In this document: positions 27,228 to 40,300 of the stretch, piece after piece
How positions within the stretch are numbered: the first letter of the stretch is position 1
Layout: each line of letters starts with the position of its first letter
NCBI GenBank assembly: GCA_964035545.1
Contig: OZ037766.1
Span: 33,346,773 to 33,410,772, forward strand
DNA: 64,000 nt
Reading direction: 5' to 3'
Source of the DNA: Bugula neritina
Taxonomy: Eukaryota > Animalia > Bryozoa
Notes under the pieces: generated by a model
Database searches by the model: none
What the model was told of the DNA's origin: nothing
Seen by the model: the letters and a program-made list of their open reading frames with translations, nothing else
Position numbers and translations under genes: made by a program

Positions 27228-28328
27228 TACTGATTATATATTCATTTATATGTGCAATATAGGTGAAACTTTAATGACCGAAGTTTTTACTGCATATTGA
27301 TAGAGTGCCTTATAGTATTATCATACTGATATATACTGATATGATATTACTATACTGATATATACTGATATGATATTACTATACTGATATATACTGATAT
27401 GATATCACTATACTGATATATATTGATATGGTATGTAAGCTAGCGAGAGGAATAAAGTAGTACCTGTGATATTTCTCTAGTTGTAGTGAGAAGTAAATAC
27501 AGAGTGAAGTCAAACAAGGAACTAACTACATAGTTTAGCTGCTATTAGAGCTACTTAACACTTTGACCTAGATAAAAGCCTTTCTCTATGCAGCTTTGTT
27601 GGTTTAATAAGTGAAGTGATTCTAATCAAATATTGACATAAGGTTAACTTATATCGCAGAGTCTCACATTCCTATTGTATTCAACACCATATTATATGTT
27701 TGCTGGATAAGTATAATATTTATATACTCTGTCACTATACAACATATTTGTGTGGTAATATAATATGCTACCTTACTAGTTACTATGTTTCCATGAAAAT
27801 GCAAGGAAACACTGTTGCTCTGACAATACATGAAAATAATTTATGTTGGGACTTTACATAAGCTGGGAAAGCTTTTCCCTAATACATGATAGCTTTTCAC
27901 ATATCATCTCAGCTATATTCTGCTTTTCCACTTTTATTATAGCTAATACACAAAAGCTAACTTTTTTACTACTATAAAAACCCAGCAGTTTTTCACTTAT
28001 CCTTATAATAAATGTTTATGTCTCTAACTTAAAACACAATAGCTTTTACTTTAGAAAACCACTTCTTCAAGCTATTAGAATGAACTTATGTAACTGTATG
28101 TTAAATAGGATTGTTAATGCGATCTAAAAATTAAGAACAATAAAGCCATACTAAAAATTTAATGATGTATACCACTATTATTAGATGAATATAGGTATGT
28201 GTGAATGCAATGTTATACAGTCTACTCTCTACACGATCTTCTCAGTGAGTGTACAGTAGAGTTGTCTGTCCTATTGAGCTATTCTGCATACTAAATACAT
28301 TATCACAATGAGTATAGAGTTGTCTGTC

Positions 28329-30434
28329 CTATTGAGCTATTCTGCATACTAAATACATTATCACAGTGACCATAGAGTTGTCTGTCCTTTTTCTTCCACC
28401 ATTAGCTGTAGTTTCATCATCTTTACCTGTGTCGTGTGGTGAGTCATTTGTTGAATGACATTCTGAGTCTGCAACATATTAGTGCAACAATATAATACAA
28501 TAATACAATACAATAATATAATACAATAATACAATACAATATTATAATACAATAATACAATACAATAATATAAGACAATAATACAATACAATATCATAAT
28601 ACAATAATACAATAATATAGTACAATAATATAATACAACTATATATATACTAATAATACAATATAATACTACACTCATATCACAATATAATAATAATATA
28701 CACATAATACAATATAGTAATAATATACACATAATATAATATAATAATATACACATAATACAATATAGTAATAATATACACATAATATAATATAATAATA
28801 TACACATAATACAATATAATAATATACACATAATACCATATAATAACATACACATAATATAATATAATATAATAATATACTAATAATACAATATAATAAT
28901 ATACACATAATACAATATAATAATATACACATAATACAATATAATAACATACACATAATATAATATAATAATATACTAATAATACAATATAATAATATAC
29001 ACATAATACAATATAATAATATACACATAATACAATATAGTAATAATATACACATAATACAATATAATAATATACTCATACTATAACCTGTGATTTGGTT
29101 GATGCTGACTACAGAGGATGACACCAGCTGACTTTTCCCCTCCTCGCTACCAACACAGTACAATCTCCCTGTAGACACTGACTCTGATATGGAGAGTTCT
29201 AGCTGGAGGTTAAACCCTCTCGAGTCACCCTTATAAGAACAATAACTCGACAGAACGCGAAGTCCTTCTACGCCATAATTTACTGACGGACTGAACACGT
29301 TGACGCTCTCCCACCCACCCTCCGACTTTCTCCGACAGCCCGCGTATATCCGCACACTCTCGTTGTAGTCGTATCTGAGAAGTAGAGACTGGAGGTTTGT
29401 GAAGTCTAGCGGTAAGCACTCTGTAGTGAACGTCTGCTTCTTGGAGCACATGCTGATCTGGAGGGAGGGCTGAGCTGCAACAGCACAACCAATCATGTAC
29501 TGGCATATTTATCAAAGTAGCCATTTAGCATGTTCTAAGCATTCATAAATGTAAACACTGGGCTTAGGATTTGTTTCTTATTATAATAAATTCATTAATT
29601 AGAAGTTGTTCTCACATGTTATCTCAGAAAACTCGGCACTTCTAGAAGACACCATCCCAGCTGACTGCCCATATCCCACGCAGAAGAATGTTCCAGCTAA
29701 AGTCACGCTGTATTCTATGAGTAAGGCAACATGGATCCTGAACCCAGTGACGTCACCCGTCCAATCACAGTAGTCTAAGGGATCCACAAGGCTTTCAACA
29801 CCCTGGATGTAGTTGAGGTCGGAGTCTGGTATACCGCCCCAATATCCTTGGTCAGATTTAACGCAGCCCGTTTCTATTGAGGGTCGTCTAGGATAGTTGT
29901 ACTGCAGTGCCAACTTAATGAGGTCACTGAACCCGGATGCTGTGCATGTAAAGTTAACATCATGTTTGCCGTTGGCTGTCACAGCTTTCTTCACCTGATA
30001 CAGCATTTCAACTCTGGGCTCTGCAACTAAAAGCAATTTCATTAAAGCAATAAACAACTTTTATGTGTTTATTGATATTATATACATGTATTATGTAATT
30101 ATCGTGTAAGACTGAGATATATTATAATATATACGATATAATATAATATATGCATATTTACACTACAAATATAATAACCCCATGCAGCCATATAGGCTGC
30201 ACAAATAAATAAGTAGCAAGTGAATTAATATAATCTATTCCTGAAATAACCTTAATTGTTACAAGAAGACTGTCTCATATTCATAATGACAATGAGTTCA
30301 ATCATGTATTAGATATAATATATTCTGTAAAACTTACCAGCTGCTCTAGTCGGTAAACAAAGGTAAACCAACAGGTAAACTACAGCGCAATAGCTGTTAG
30401 ATAATTTTATTCTAGGAGTTGGCACTGCGGACAT
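28329..30434 (-). CDS. Two-domain Ig-like protein, probably GPI-anchored
   Basis: Exons 30434-30338 (signal peptide MSAVPTPRIKLSNSYCAVVYLLVYLCLPTRAA), 30026-29616, 29474-29088, 28468-28329; all phase 1. Each middle exon encodes one domain (VNFTC..ETGC..W..YC..GF..GTFFC; TTEC..YAGC..W..YC..GF..GRLYC). C-terminus ..TTANGGRKRTDNSMVTVIMYLVCRIAQ* resembles a GPI signal. Confidence 0.8.
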
Positions 30435-31741
30435 GTTCTATAATAAGTAAGACTGCATAATAGCTACACCGAGTGTAACAGCATTATTTCTATTGTTGTA
30501 GCAGCAGCAATCACAACGTTGTAGTTTGATTCAAACATTTAATACTGTGACAAATGAACTTCACCTCAAATAAATTATGAAATTTTGACATGTTATCAGT
30601 AAAAGATAACTTCTTAATACTTGGAATATTATATATTATTGTAGTATTATGAATATTATATATAGTGAATAATATTATATAGTGAATATTATATCGTGAA
30701 TAATATATAGTAAATATTATATATAGTGAATATTATATAGTGAATATTATATAGTGAATATTATATATAGTGAATATTATATATAGTGAATATTATATAT
30801 AGTGAATATTATATATAGTAAATATTATATATAGTGAATATTATATATAGTGAATGTTATATATAGTGAATAATATATATAGTGAATGTTATATTTCATG
30901 AGACAACTATAATGTGCATAATACATACATTTTACATAAACATTATGCTGTTTGTAGTAGCCAAACAACAGCTGTGAATGTAGTATACAACTTTCTGTGT
31001 TGTGCCATGTATTTATAAATCTATCATCTATCTTACTATTTGTATATAGTTTATAGAAACTAAACATGTCAGTGTATGCGCAGTCATAGATTCATTTATT
31101 TGGTCACAGTGTAACACAAAACAGGATTGTCCATTTGTCTTCATCAATCCCTTACAGCTGAAGCAAGTTCATCAAGTAAGGGCTCTGTAAGATCTCACAC
31201 ACTTGACAAGTTGCAGTTGCTACGTCACTAGAGAGGCTGGACTTCACTAGAGGGGCTGGACTTCACTAGAGGGGCTGGACTTCACTAGAGGGGCTAGACT
31301 TCACTAGAGGGGCTGGACTTCACTAGAGGGCTGGACTTCACTTAAGAGCTGAACTGTGATTGGCCCTACTCACCATCGATTCACACTCACTTAAGCTTGC
31401 AGATAGTCATGTAGCAACACGGAAGGGACCATTGACTATGAAAGAGAAACACAATCTAATTTTGAAGAGAATGAATCAAACTAACTGAAGCAATCAGAGT
31501 GTTTAGGCATAGTGTTCAGGCGTAGTGTTCAGGCATACTGTTCAGGCATAGTGTTCAGGCAGAGTGTTCAGGCATAGTGTTCAGGCGTAGTGTTCAGGCA
31601 TAGTGTTCAGTCATAGTGTTCAGGCAGTCACTTACAATAGTTGTGATTTGATTTGGGAATGAAGACAGATATAGAAAGAAGGTGGTCACAGCAAACAACT
31701 GGATTATTACACAAACTGACAGAAATATTTGTACCAGCTGG

Positions 31742-34700
31742 ATGATGCAAGTGATAGATTTAGTGTTGACAGCGGTCACCATTGTGTTGGCAGTAGCAGC
31801 CATAGTGTTGAATGGATTAATTTCCTCAGTCATAGTGGCTGCAGAGAAGGTAAAATTATGTGTGACATTATAGTTACCACTTACTGCAGCTTCTTATATC
31901 ATACATCGCTCACTGCATCTCAGTAAGAGCGGGGAGAGAGAGAGAGAGAGAGCGCGTGTAAAGAGTATATATATAAAGAGAGAAAGAGTATAGAGAGTAT
32001 ATAGAGAGTATATAGAGAGTATAGAGAGAGTATAGAGACAATATATAGAGAAAGTATAGAGAGAGTATAGAGAGAGTATATAGAGAGTATATAGAAAGTA
32101 TAGAGAGAGTATAGAGAGAGTATAGAGAAAGTATAGAGAGAGTATATAGAGAGTATAGAGAGAGTATATAGAGAGTATATATAGAGAGTATAGAGAGAGT
32201 ATAGAGAGAGTATATAGAGAGTATAGAGAGAGTATAGAGAGAGTATATAGAGAGTATAGAGAGAGTATATAGAGAGAGTATATAGAGAGTATATAGAGAG
32301 AGTATATAGAGAGAGTATATAGAGAGAGTATATAGGGAGAGTATATATAGAGAGTATATAGAGAGTATATAGAGAGAGTATATAGGGAGAGTATATATAG
32401 AGAGTATATATAGAGAGTATATAGAGAGAGTATATATATAGAGAGAGAGTGTGTAGAGAGAGTATATATAGAGAGAGAGTATAGAGAGAGTATAGAGAGA
32501 GTATAAAGAGAGTATGTAGAGAGAGTATAGAGAGTGTGTAGAGAGAGTATAGAGAGAGTATATAGAGAGAGTATAGAGAGAGTATAGAGAGAGAGTATAG
32601 AGTATAGAGAGAGTATAGAGTATAGAGTATAGAGAGAGTATAGAGAGAGTATAGAGAGAGTATATAGAGAGTAGAAAAAGATGAAACACAACTGAGATGA
32701 CCCTATATAAACTGATAGATTGTAAAACGTACAGCTGTTAATTGAGATAGTGTTAGACTCTGTATATTCATCAAATGCTGTCAATTTTTTCGACTATATT
32801 ATAATCATGTGATATAATCTATTAGATTGATTGTTTAAATTAGTGAGTATCATTTACCTGTATACAAAACAGTGATACCTGCAACTGCCACTATGGTGAA
32901 TAGTAAAACACTATTATAATTAACATAAAATTGTAATTTTTTAGTGTTGTAGCTATAAATAATAGATTTTTAATAGCAGAAGGAGAATAAGTAGTTCATC
33001 CTTGTCATGCATCACTGAATAATATTGTATATTCTGTAAAAGCTAAAGTAATTATTAATATATATACACTTTGTTTCAGGTAACCAGAAATCTTGCTTGC
33101 CTGGTCTTTCTATGCGGGGCGCATTTGGAGCTCTCCGTACTGATGATAGTGCATAGCTCAGTAGAGTTGAGTATGATGGGCAATTCCACAGGCAGCACCA
33201 ACAGCTCCTCTGAGGCTAACTTCAGTACACTGGGCTGTACAGCAGTTATAGTAGAGTGCCTAGGAAAAGGGGCAGTATTGTGGGGCATCTGTGCTCTCAC
33301 CGGTCTCTGTGTAAACCAGTAGGTTCTAAGTCTACATACTAATCTAATAGGAAGTTTCTTTCAATGCTGACAGATTTTATATCTAAATTATATTCACTAC
33401 GGAATCTGATGTCAAGCTAGATTATTATAGCACCTTGTTTATGTAATATTCAACTTTCTACATTCATACATACACACTATTGTATGCTATAGGTATGTCT
33501 ACATACTATAGTATGCTATAGGTATGTCTACATACTATAGTATGCTACAGGTATGTCTACATACTATAGTATGCTATAGGTATGTCTACATACTATAGTA
33601 TGCTACAGGTATGTCTACATACTATAGTATGCTATAGGTATGTCTACATACTATTGTATGCTATAGGTATGTCTGCACACTATTGTATGCTATAGGTATA
33701 TCTACATAATATTGTATGCTATAGGTATGTATACATACTGTTGTATGTGCTATAGGTATGTCTACATAATATTGTAATCTATAGGTATGTCTACATACTA
33801 TAGTATGCTATAGGTATGTCTACATCGAAAGACCTTTTTGGTACGACCTCCATGTGACCTCTAGGAGACTTGTGCTAGCAAACAGCATGGCGGGTGTTAT
33901 CTGTCACGTGATTGGTCTGATTCCTCTCATTCAGACCGGAATCTTCCAGAAACCAGTGTGTCACCCAGAAGATGTGGCTGGAGCGAAGGAGTTCATACTT
34001 GTGTTTACTATCCTCATATTTCTATTCTTCACCATCATAGGTAGTAGCTATTTAGTAGGTAATAGGTTATAGTAGCTATCAGGTTATAGTAGGTAATAGG
34101 TAGTAGGTAGTAGGTAGTAGGTAGTAGCTAGTTAGTAGGTAATAGGTTATAGTAGGTAATAGATAGTAGCTAGTAGGTAATAGGTAGTAGCTAGTAGGTA
34201 GTAGCTAGTAGGTAGTAGCTAGTAGGTAGTAGCTAGTAGCTAGTAGGTAGTAGCTAGTAACTGTACTGTTACAGAGTTAAATCTACGTAGAGTACTAATC
34301 AAAGTTTTCAACTTCCGTAAAATGACTACTAAATCACAACTTTGAGACTGAAAACTGAATTATGATTTCTAGAACAACTGGGGAGAAAAGAGGTTGTGTT
34401 ACCAACAGGTAGGCAACTGCTGGGAATATGTAGAGATACAGTGAGAGCACTATTCAATCTTCTATTTCACTCAATAACCATAAGGCTTTGACTTTCATCA
34501 ACGCAATGAATAAAATAAAAGTGACTGATTACATCATAACCATATTCTATATATAGCTCAATAGTTAAAGTGATTTTATTACTTTGATAGCTGACAGCTT
34601 CAATGTTAATAATTAACTAGAAAGTTTAATCAACCAAAGTATATTCTGTCTTCCAGCTGTGCAAATGAATAATTTCTGATAAGACAAGTTGATTACTGCA

Positions 34701-37109
34701 GCATCTCTATTATATATATTTTATGAGTCCATGTTCAAACCTCCCATGTATAGTACACTACATGCTATATCTCTATATTACTGTATTACTAACACATATT
34801 GTAGTTGTATTACTAACACATATTGTATAGTTGTATTACTAACACATATTGCAGTTGTATTACTAACACATATTGTAGTTGTATTACTAACACATATTGT
34901 AGTTGTATTACTAACACATATTGTAGTTGTATTACTAACACATATTGTAGTTGTATTACTAACACATATTGTAGTTGTATTACTAATACATATTGTATAG
35001 TTGTATTACTAACACATATTGTAGTTGTATTACCAACACATATTGTAGTTGTATTACTAATACATATTGTATAGTTGTATTACTAACACATATTGTAGTT
35101 GTATTACTAATACATATTGTATAGTTGTATTACTAACACATATTGCAGTTGTATTACTAACACATATTGCAGTTGTATTACTAACACATATTGTATAGTT
35201 GTATTACTAACACATATTGTAGTTGTATTACTAACACATATTGCAGTTGTATTACTAACACATATTGCAGTTGTATTACTAACACATATTGTAGTTGTAT
35301 TACTAATACATATTGTATAGTTGTATTACTAACACATATTGTAGTTGTATTACTAACACATATTGCAGTTGTATTACTAACACATGTTGCAGTTGCCCTC
35401 AGCATTCATATGCTAGTTCTCGCAGAAGGCCACAGGAAGAAAATCAAAGAACACAACACTCTGAAGAGTAGTCGAGCAGACTCCATCAAGTTTTTCATAA
35501 CTCTGGTATGCACTTACCTGGTCGCCTACTTAACGCCAGGTACGCATTCGACACTCATCTTTTCACTGTGACTATTTACTCACTGTGACTACCTACTCAC
35601 TGTGACTATCTACTCACTGTGACTATCTACTCACTGTGACTACCTACTCACTGTGACTATCTACTCACAGTGACTATCTACTCACTGTGACTACTTACTC
35701 ACTGTGACTATCTACTCACTGTGACTACCTACTCACTGTGACTATCTACTCACTGTGACTACCTACTCACTGTGACTATCTACTCACTGTGACTACCTAC
35801 TCACTGTGACTATCTACTCACTGTGACTACCTACTCACTGTGACTATCTACTCACAGTGACTATCTACTCACTGTGACTACTTACTCACAGTGACTATCT
35901 ACTTACTGTGACTATCTTCTCACTATATAGTTGTACTGTCACTAGTAATTACAACATCCATATCTGCATTACACATCAACATTTTGCATGTCATTTTACA
36001 TTCTTATGCCTCAATGCACTAATGTGTCGATGGAATGTGTCATTTATATATATATATACATATTACTATTATTAATGAATTTACTATTTGCAACTACCAT
36101 TACTCTACCCATATACTATACAAACTCTATCTAACAAAAATGTTTTTATTAACAGCTGTATGCAGTGCAGTTGATGCTTATGACCCCCTATTGAAAATAC
36201 CTCACTTGAAACTGAGGTCACTTTATTTACTTGGGCCAATCATTTACGCTGTTCTATATGGATCAAGAATACCTGAAGGTTTCTTTCGGAGCATACGATT
36301 GGCTATTTGCTGCTGCTTACCTGTGAAACCAGTGGAGAAGGAAGTGGAGATTATAGATGTAGTAAGGTATTGATCAGACCTCCTCTCTCTTTGTATGCAT
36401 GTATATCTGTCTGTCTGTATGTCTCTCTTTGTATGCATGTATATCTGTATATCTGTCTGTATGTCTCTCTTTCTGTCTGTCCTTTCTGTCTGTCTGTAAG
36501 TCTTTCTCTGTGTCTGTTTGTATGTCTGTATGTATGTCTGTATATCTGTCTGTCTGTATGTCTTTCTCTGTGTCTGTCTGTATGTCTGTCTGTCTTTCTG
36601 TCTGTCTGTATGTCTTTCTCTGTGTCTGTCTTTCTGTCTGTCTGTATGTCTTTCTGTATGTCTTTCTCTGTGTCTGTCTGTATGTCTGTCTGTCTGGGCG
36701 TGCGTGTGTGTGCAGAGAGAGAGAGAGAGAGAGTGTGTGCAGAGAGGGTGTGTGCAGAGAGTGTGTGTGTGCAGAGAGAGAGAGAGTGTGTGCAGAGAGT
36801 GTGTGCAGAGAGAGTGTGTGCAGAGAGTGTGTGTGCAGAGAGTGTGTGTGTGCAGAGAGAGAGAGAGAGAGAGTGTGCAGAGAGTGTGTGTGTGCAGAGA
36901 GTGTGTGTGTGCAGAGAGAGAGAGTGTGCAGAGAGTGTGTGCAGAGAGAGTGTGTGCAGAGAGTGTGTGTGCAGAGAGTGTGTGTGTGTGCAGAGAGAGA
37001 GAGAGAGTGTGCAGAGAGTGTGTGCAGAGAGAGAGAGTGTGCAGAGAGAGTGTGTGTGTGCAGAGAGTGTGTGTGTGCAGAGAGAGAGAGTGTGTGCAGA
37101 GAGAGTGTG

Positions 37110-37140
<31 letters not shown>

Positions 37141-37261
37141 TGTGCAGAGAGAGTGTGTGTGTGCAGAGAGTGTGTGTGTGCAGAGAGAGAGAGTGTGTGC
37201 AGAGAGAGTGTGTGCAGAGAGAGTGTGTGCAGAGAGAGAGAGTGTGTGCAGAGAGAGTGTG

Positions 37262-37350
<89 letters not shown>

Positions 37351-40300
37351 TGCAGAGAGAGTGTGTGTGCAGAGAGTGTGTGTGTGTGCAGAGAGAGAGA
37401 GTGTGCAGAGAGAGTATGCAGAGAGAGTGTGTGTAGAGAGAGAGAGGGAGAGAGTGAGAGAGGGAGAGAGGAAGGGGGGAGGGAGGGAGGGAGGGAGGGA
37501 GAGAGGGAGAGAGGGAGTGTGTTCAGAGAGTCTGTGCAGAGAGAGTGAGTTACTATTCACTGCTAGCAAGTGCGCTGGTCTACTACCACTCCGTAATCAT
37601 ATCCGCATATAATAACCCGTAATGTAGTCACAAGAAAATTTTTAAAGTTATTAATTATGTTTGGAAAATATTATAAGCGAGAAAAATTATAATGGTGCCA
37701 GCACTGGAATTAAAATGTTAACATGTCATTTTATAAACGTATAGTCTGATAGTATAGTATATATAGTCTGTTAGTATAGTATAGGTTATATAGTATAGTA
37801 TATGTAGGTTATATAGTATAGTATAGTATATAGTATAGTATATAGTATAGTATATAGTCTGAGAGTATAGTATATAGTCTGAGAGTATAGGAAATACTGA
37901 TAGTCTGTTAATATAATTAGTGTATGTCACAGATACATGTAACTAACTGATAGAGAATTATAAAAACGTTAGCGAATAATATCATATCATAGTATATCAT
38001 ATCATAGTATATCATATCATAGTATATCATATCATAGTATATAAGAGTGATTATAGAGTGTATAATACGAGTGAAGTGGCATATACTGTAACATAATGTT
38101 ACAGTAGAATTCAGTGTCAGAGTACTACTTATATTATGTAACATGCTATGTGATAGGCTAGCCGTCATGAGACTAGGCCATGTAATGGTGAAGATAGACA
38201 AACAAGCAGCAATCAAGCGTCACTCATCTTATTTAAAAAGGAGAAGTCAGATTATAAACTCCATGACTTTCCTCAAACCAACGCCAAAACCCAGACAGCA
38301 CGAGACACTTCGACCTTACAAGAGTTTTATACCAACAAGTGAGTGACTACATAACAGAGTATCACTATGAGTGAGTGACTACATAACTGAGTATCACTAC
38401 GAGTGAGTGACTACATATCTGGTTATCACTACGAGTGAGTGACTACATAACAGAGTATCACTATGGGTGAGTGACTACATATCTCAGTATCACTACGAGT
38501 GAGTGACTACATATCTGAGTATCACTATGAGTGAGTGACTACATATCTGGTTATCACTACGAGTGAGTGACTACATATCTGATTATCACTACGAGTGAGT
38601 GACTACATAACTGAGTATCACTATGAGTGAGTGACTACATAACTGAGTATCACTACGAGTGAGTGACTACATATCTGGTTATCACTACGAGTGAGTGACT
38701 ACATAACAGAGTATCACTATGAGTGAGTGACTACATATCTCAGTATCACTATGAGTGAGTGACTACATATCTGAGTATCACTATGAGTGAGTGACTACAT
38801 ATCTGGTTATCACTACGAGTGAGTGACTACATAACAGAGTATCACTATGAGTGAGTGACTACATATCTCAGTATCACTATGAGTGAGTGACTACATATCT
38901 GAGTATCACTATGAGTGAGTGACTACATAACTGAGTATCACTACGAGTGAGTGACTACATAACTGAGTATCACTACGAGTGAGTGACTACATATCTGATT
39001 ATCACTACGAGTGAGTGACTACATAACTGAGTATCACTACGAGTGAGTGACTACATATCTGGTTATCACTACGAGTGAGTGACTACATAACAGAGTATCA
39101 CTATGAGTGAGTGACTACATATCTCAGTATCACTATGAGTGAGTGACTACATATCTGAGTATCACTATGAGTGAGTGACTACATAACTGAGTATCACTAT
39201 GAGTGAGTGACTACATAACTGAGTATCACTACGAGTGAGTGACTACATATCTGATTATCACTACGAGTGAGTGACTACATATCTGAGTATCACTATGAGT
39301 GAGTGACTACATAACTGAGTATCACTACGAGTGAGTGACTACATATCTGATTATCACTACGAGTGAGTGACTACATAACAGAGTAATACTATGAATGAGT
39401 GACTACATATCTGAGTATCACTATGAATGAGTGACTACATATCTGAGTATCACTATGAGTGAGTGACTACATAACTGAGTATCACTACGAGTGAGTGACT
39501 ACATATCTCAGTATCACTATGAGTATGCTCTCAACTATGAGTGATGGATTTAGTTTTACATGGGTGACGGGATAAGGCATAGGCGAAACTGAATGTAAGT
39601 CAAAAACTGAAAACTAACCTAATTTTATTACGGTGTTTGTGTAACTTTACTCTGTCAACTACTAGTAGTTATTTGCTATGCACTATAAAGTGTGATATAT
39701 ATTTCTCTTGTTTACTCACAAAACTGTCATGTAACTGTTTGCAAATTATGGCTCACACAGTCTCTCCTAATTGATGTTAAGTAACATGACTAATGCTATC
39801 TATATACGTCATATCTCATACTGATAGAGGCGATGACAGCATATCTCATACTGATAGAGGCGATGACAGCAAACTATAATTATAATTACATCATATAATA
39901 ATGACATACAATGTAGAATAGCCTACATGTAGAGCACAGTACCCTGTGGATAGAGGTGAAAATACTCTTAATGTGTACACCGATACAGTGCAGATGCACT
40001 ATAAATACGTACGTGTTTAATTCTCAAAAGAGAAGTTGTGTTATCATAGCAGTATCAGGCTATTCTCACCAGGGCTTGTGTGTTATATATAATATAGCTA
40101 CGGTGATATGTACTATATATATGTGTTATATATAATATAGCTAGGTGATATGTACCATATATATGTGTTATATATAATATAGCTAGGTGATATGTACTAC
40201 ATGTATGTGTTATATATAATATAGCTACGGTGATATGTACTATATGTATGTGTTATATATAATATAGCTAGGTGATATGTACCATATGTATATGTTATAT

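Noticed and set aside
19675-30434. One single long Ig gene rather than two
   Set aside because: Each part has its own signal peptide, and the upstream gene has an in-frame terminal exon with a stop at 28329. Read-through splicing cannot be excluded without cDNA.
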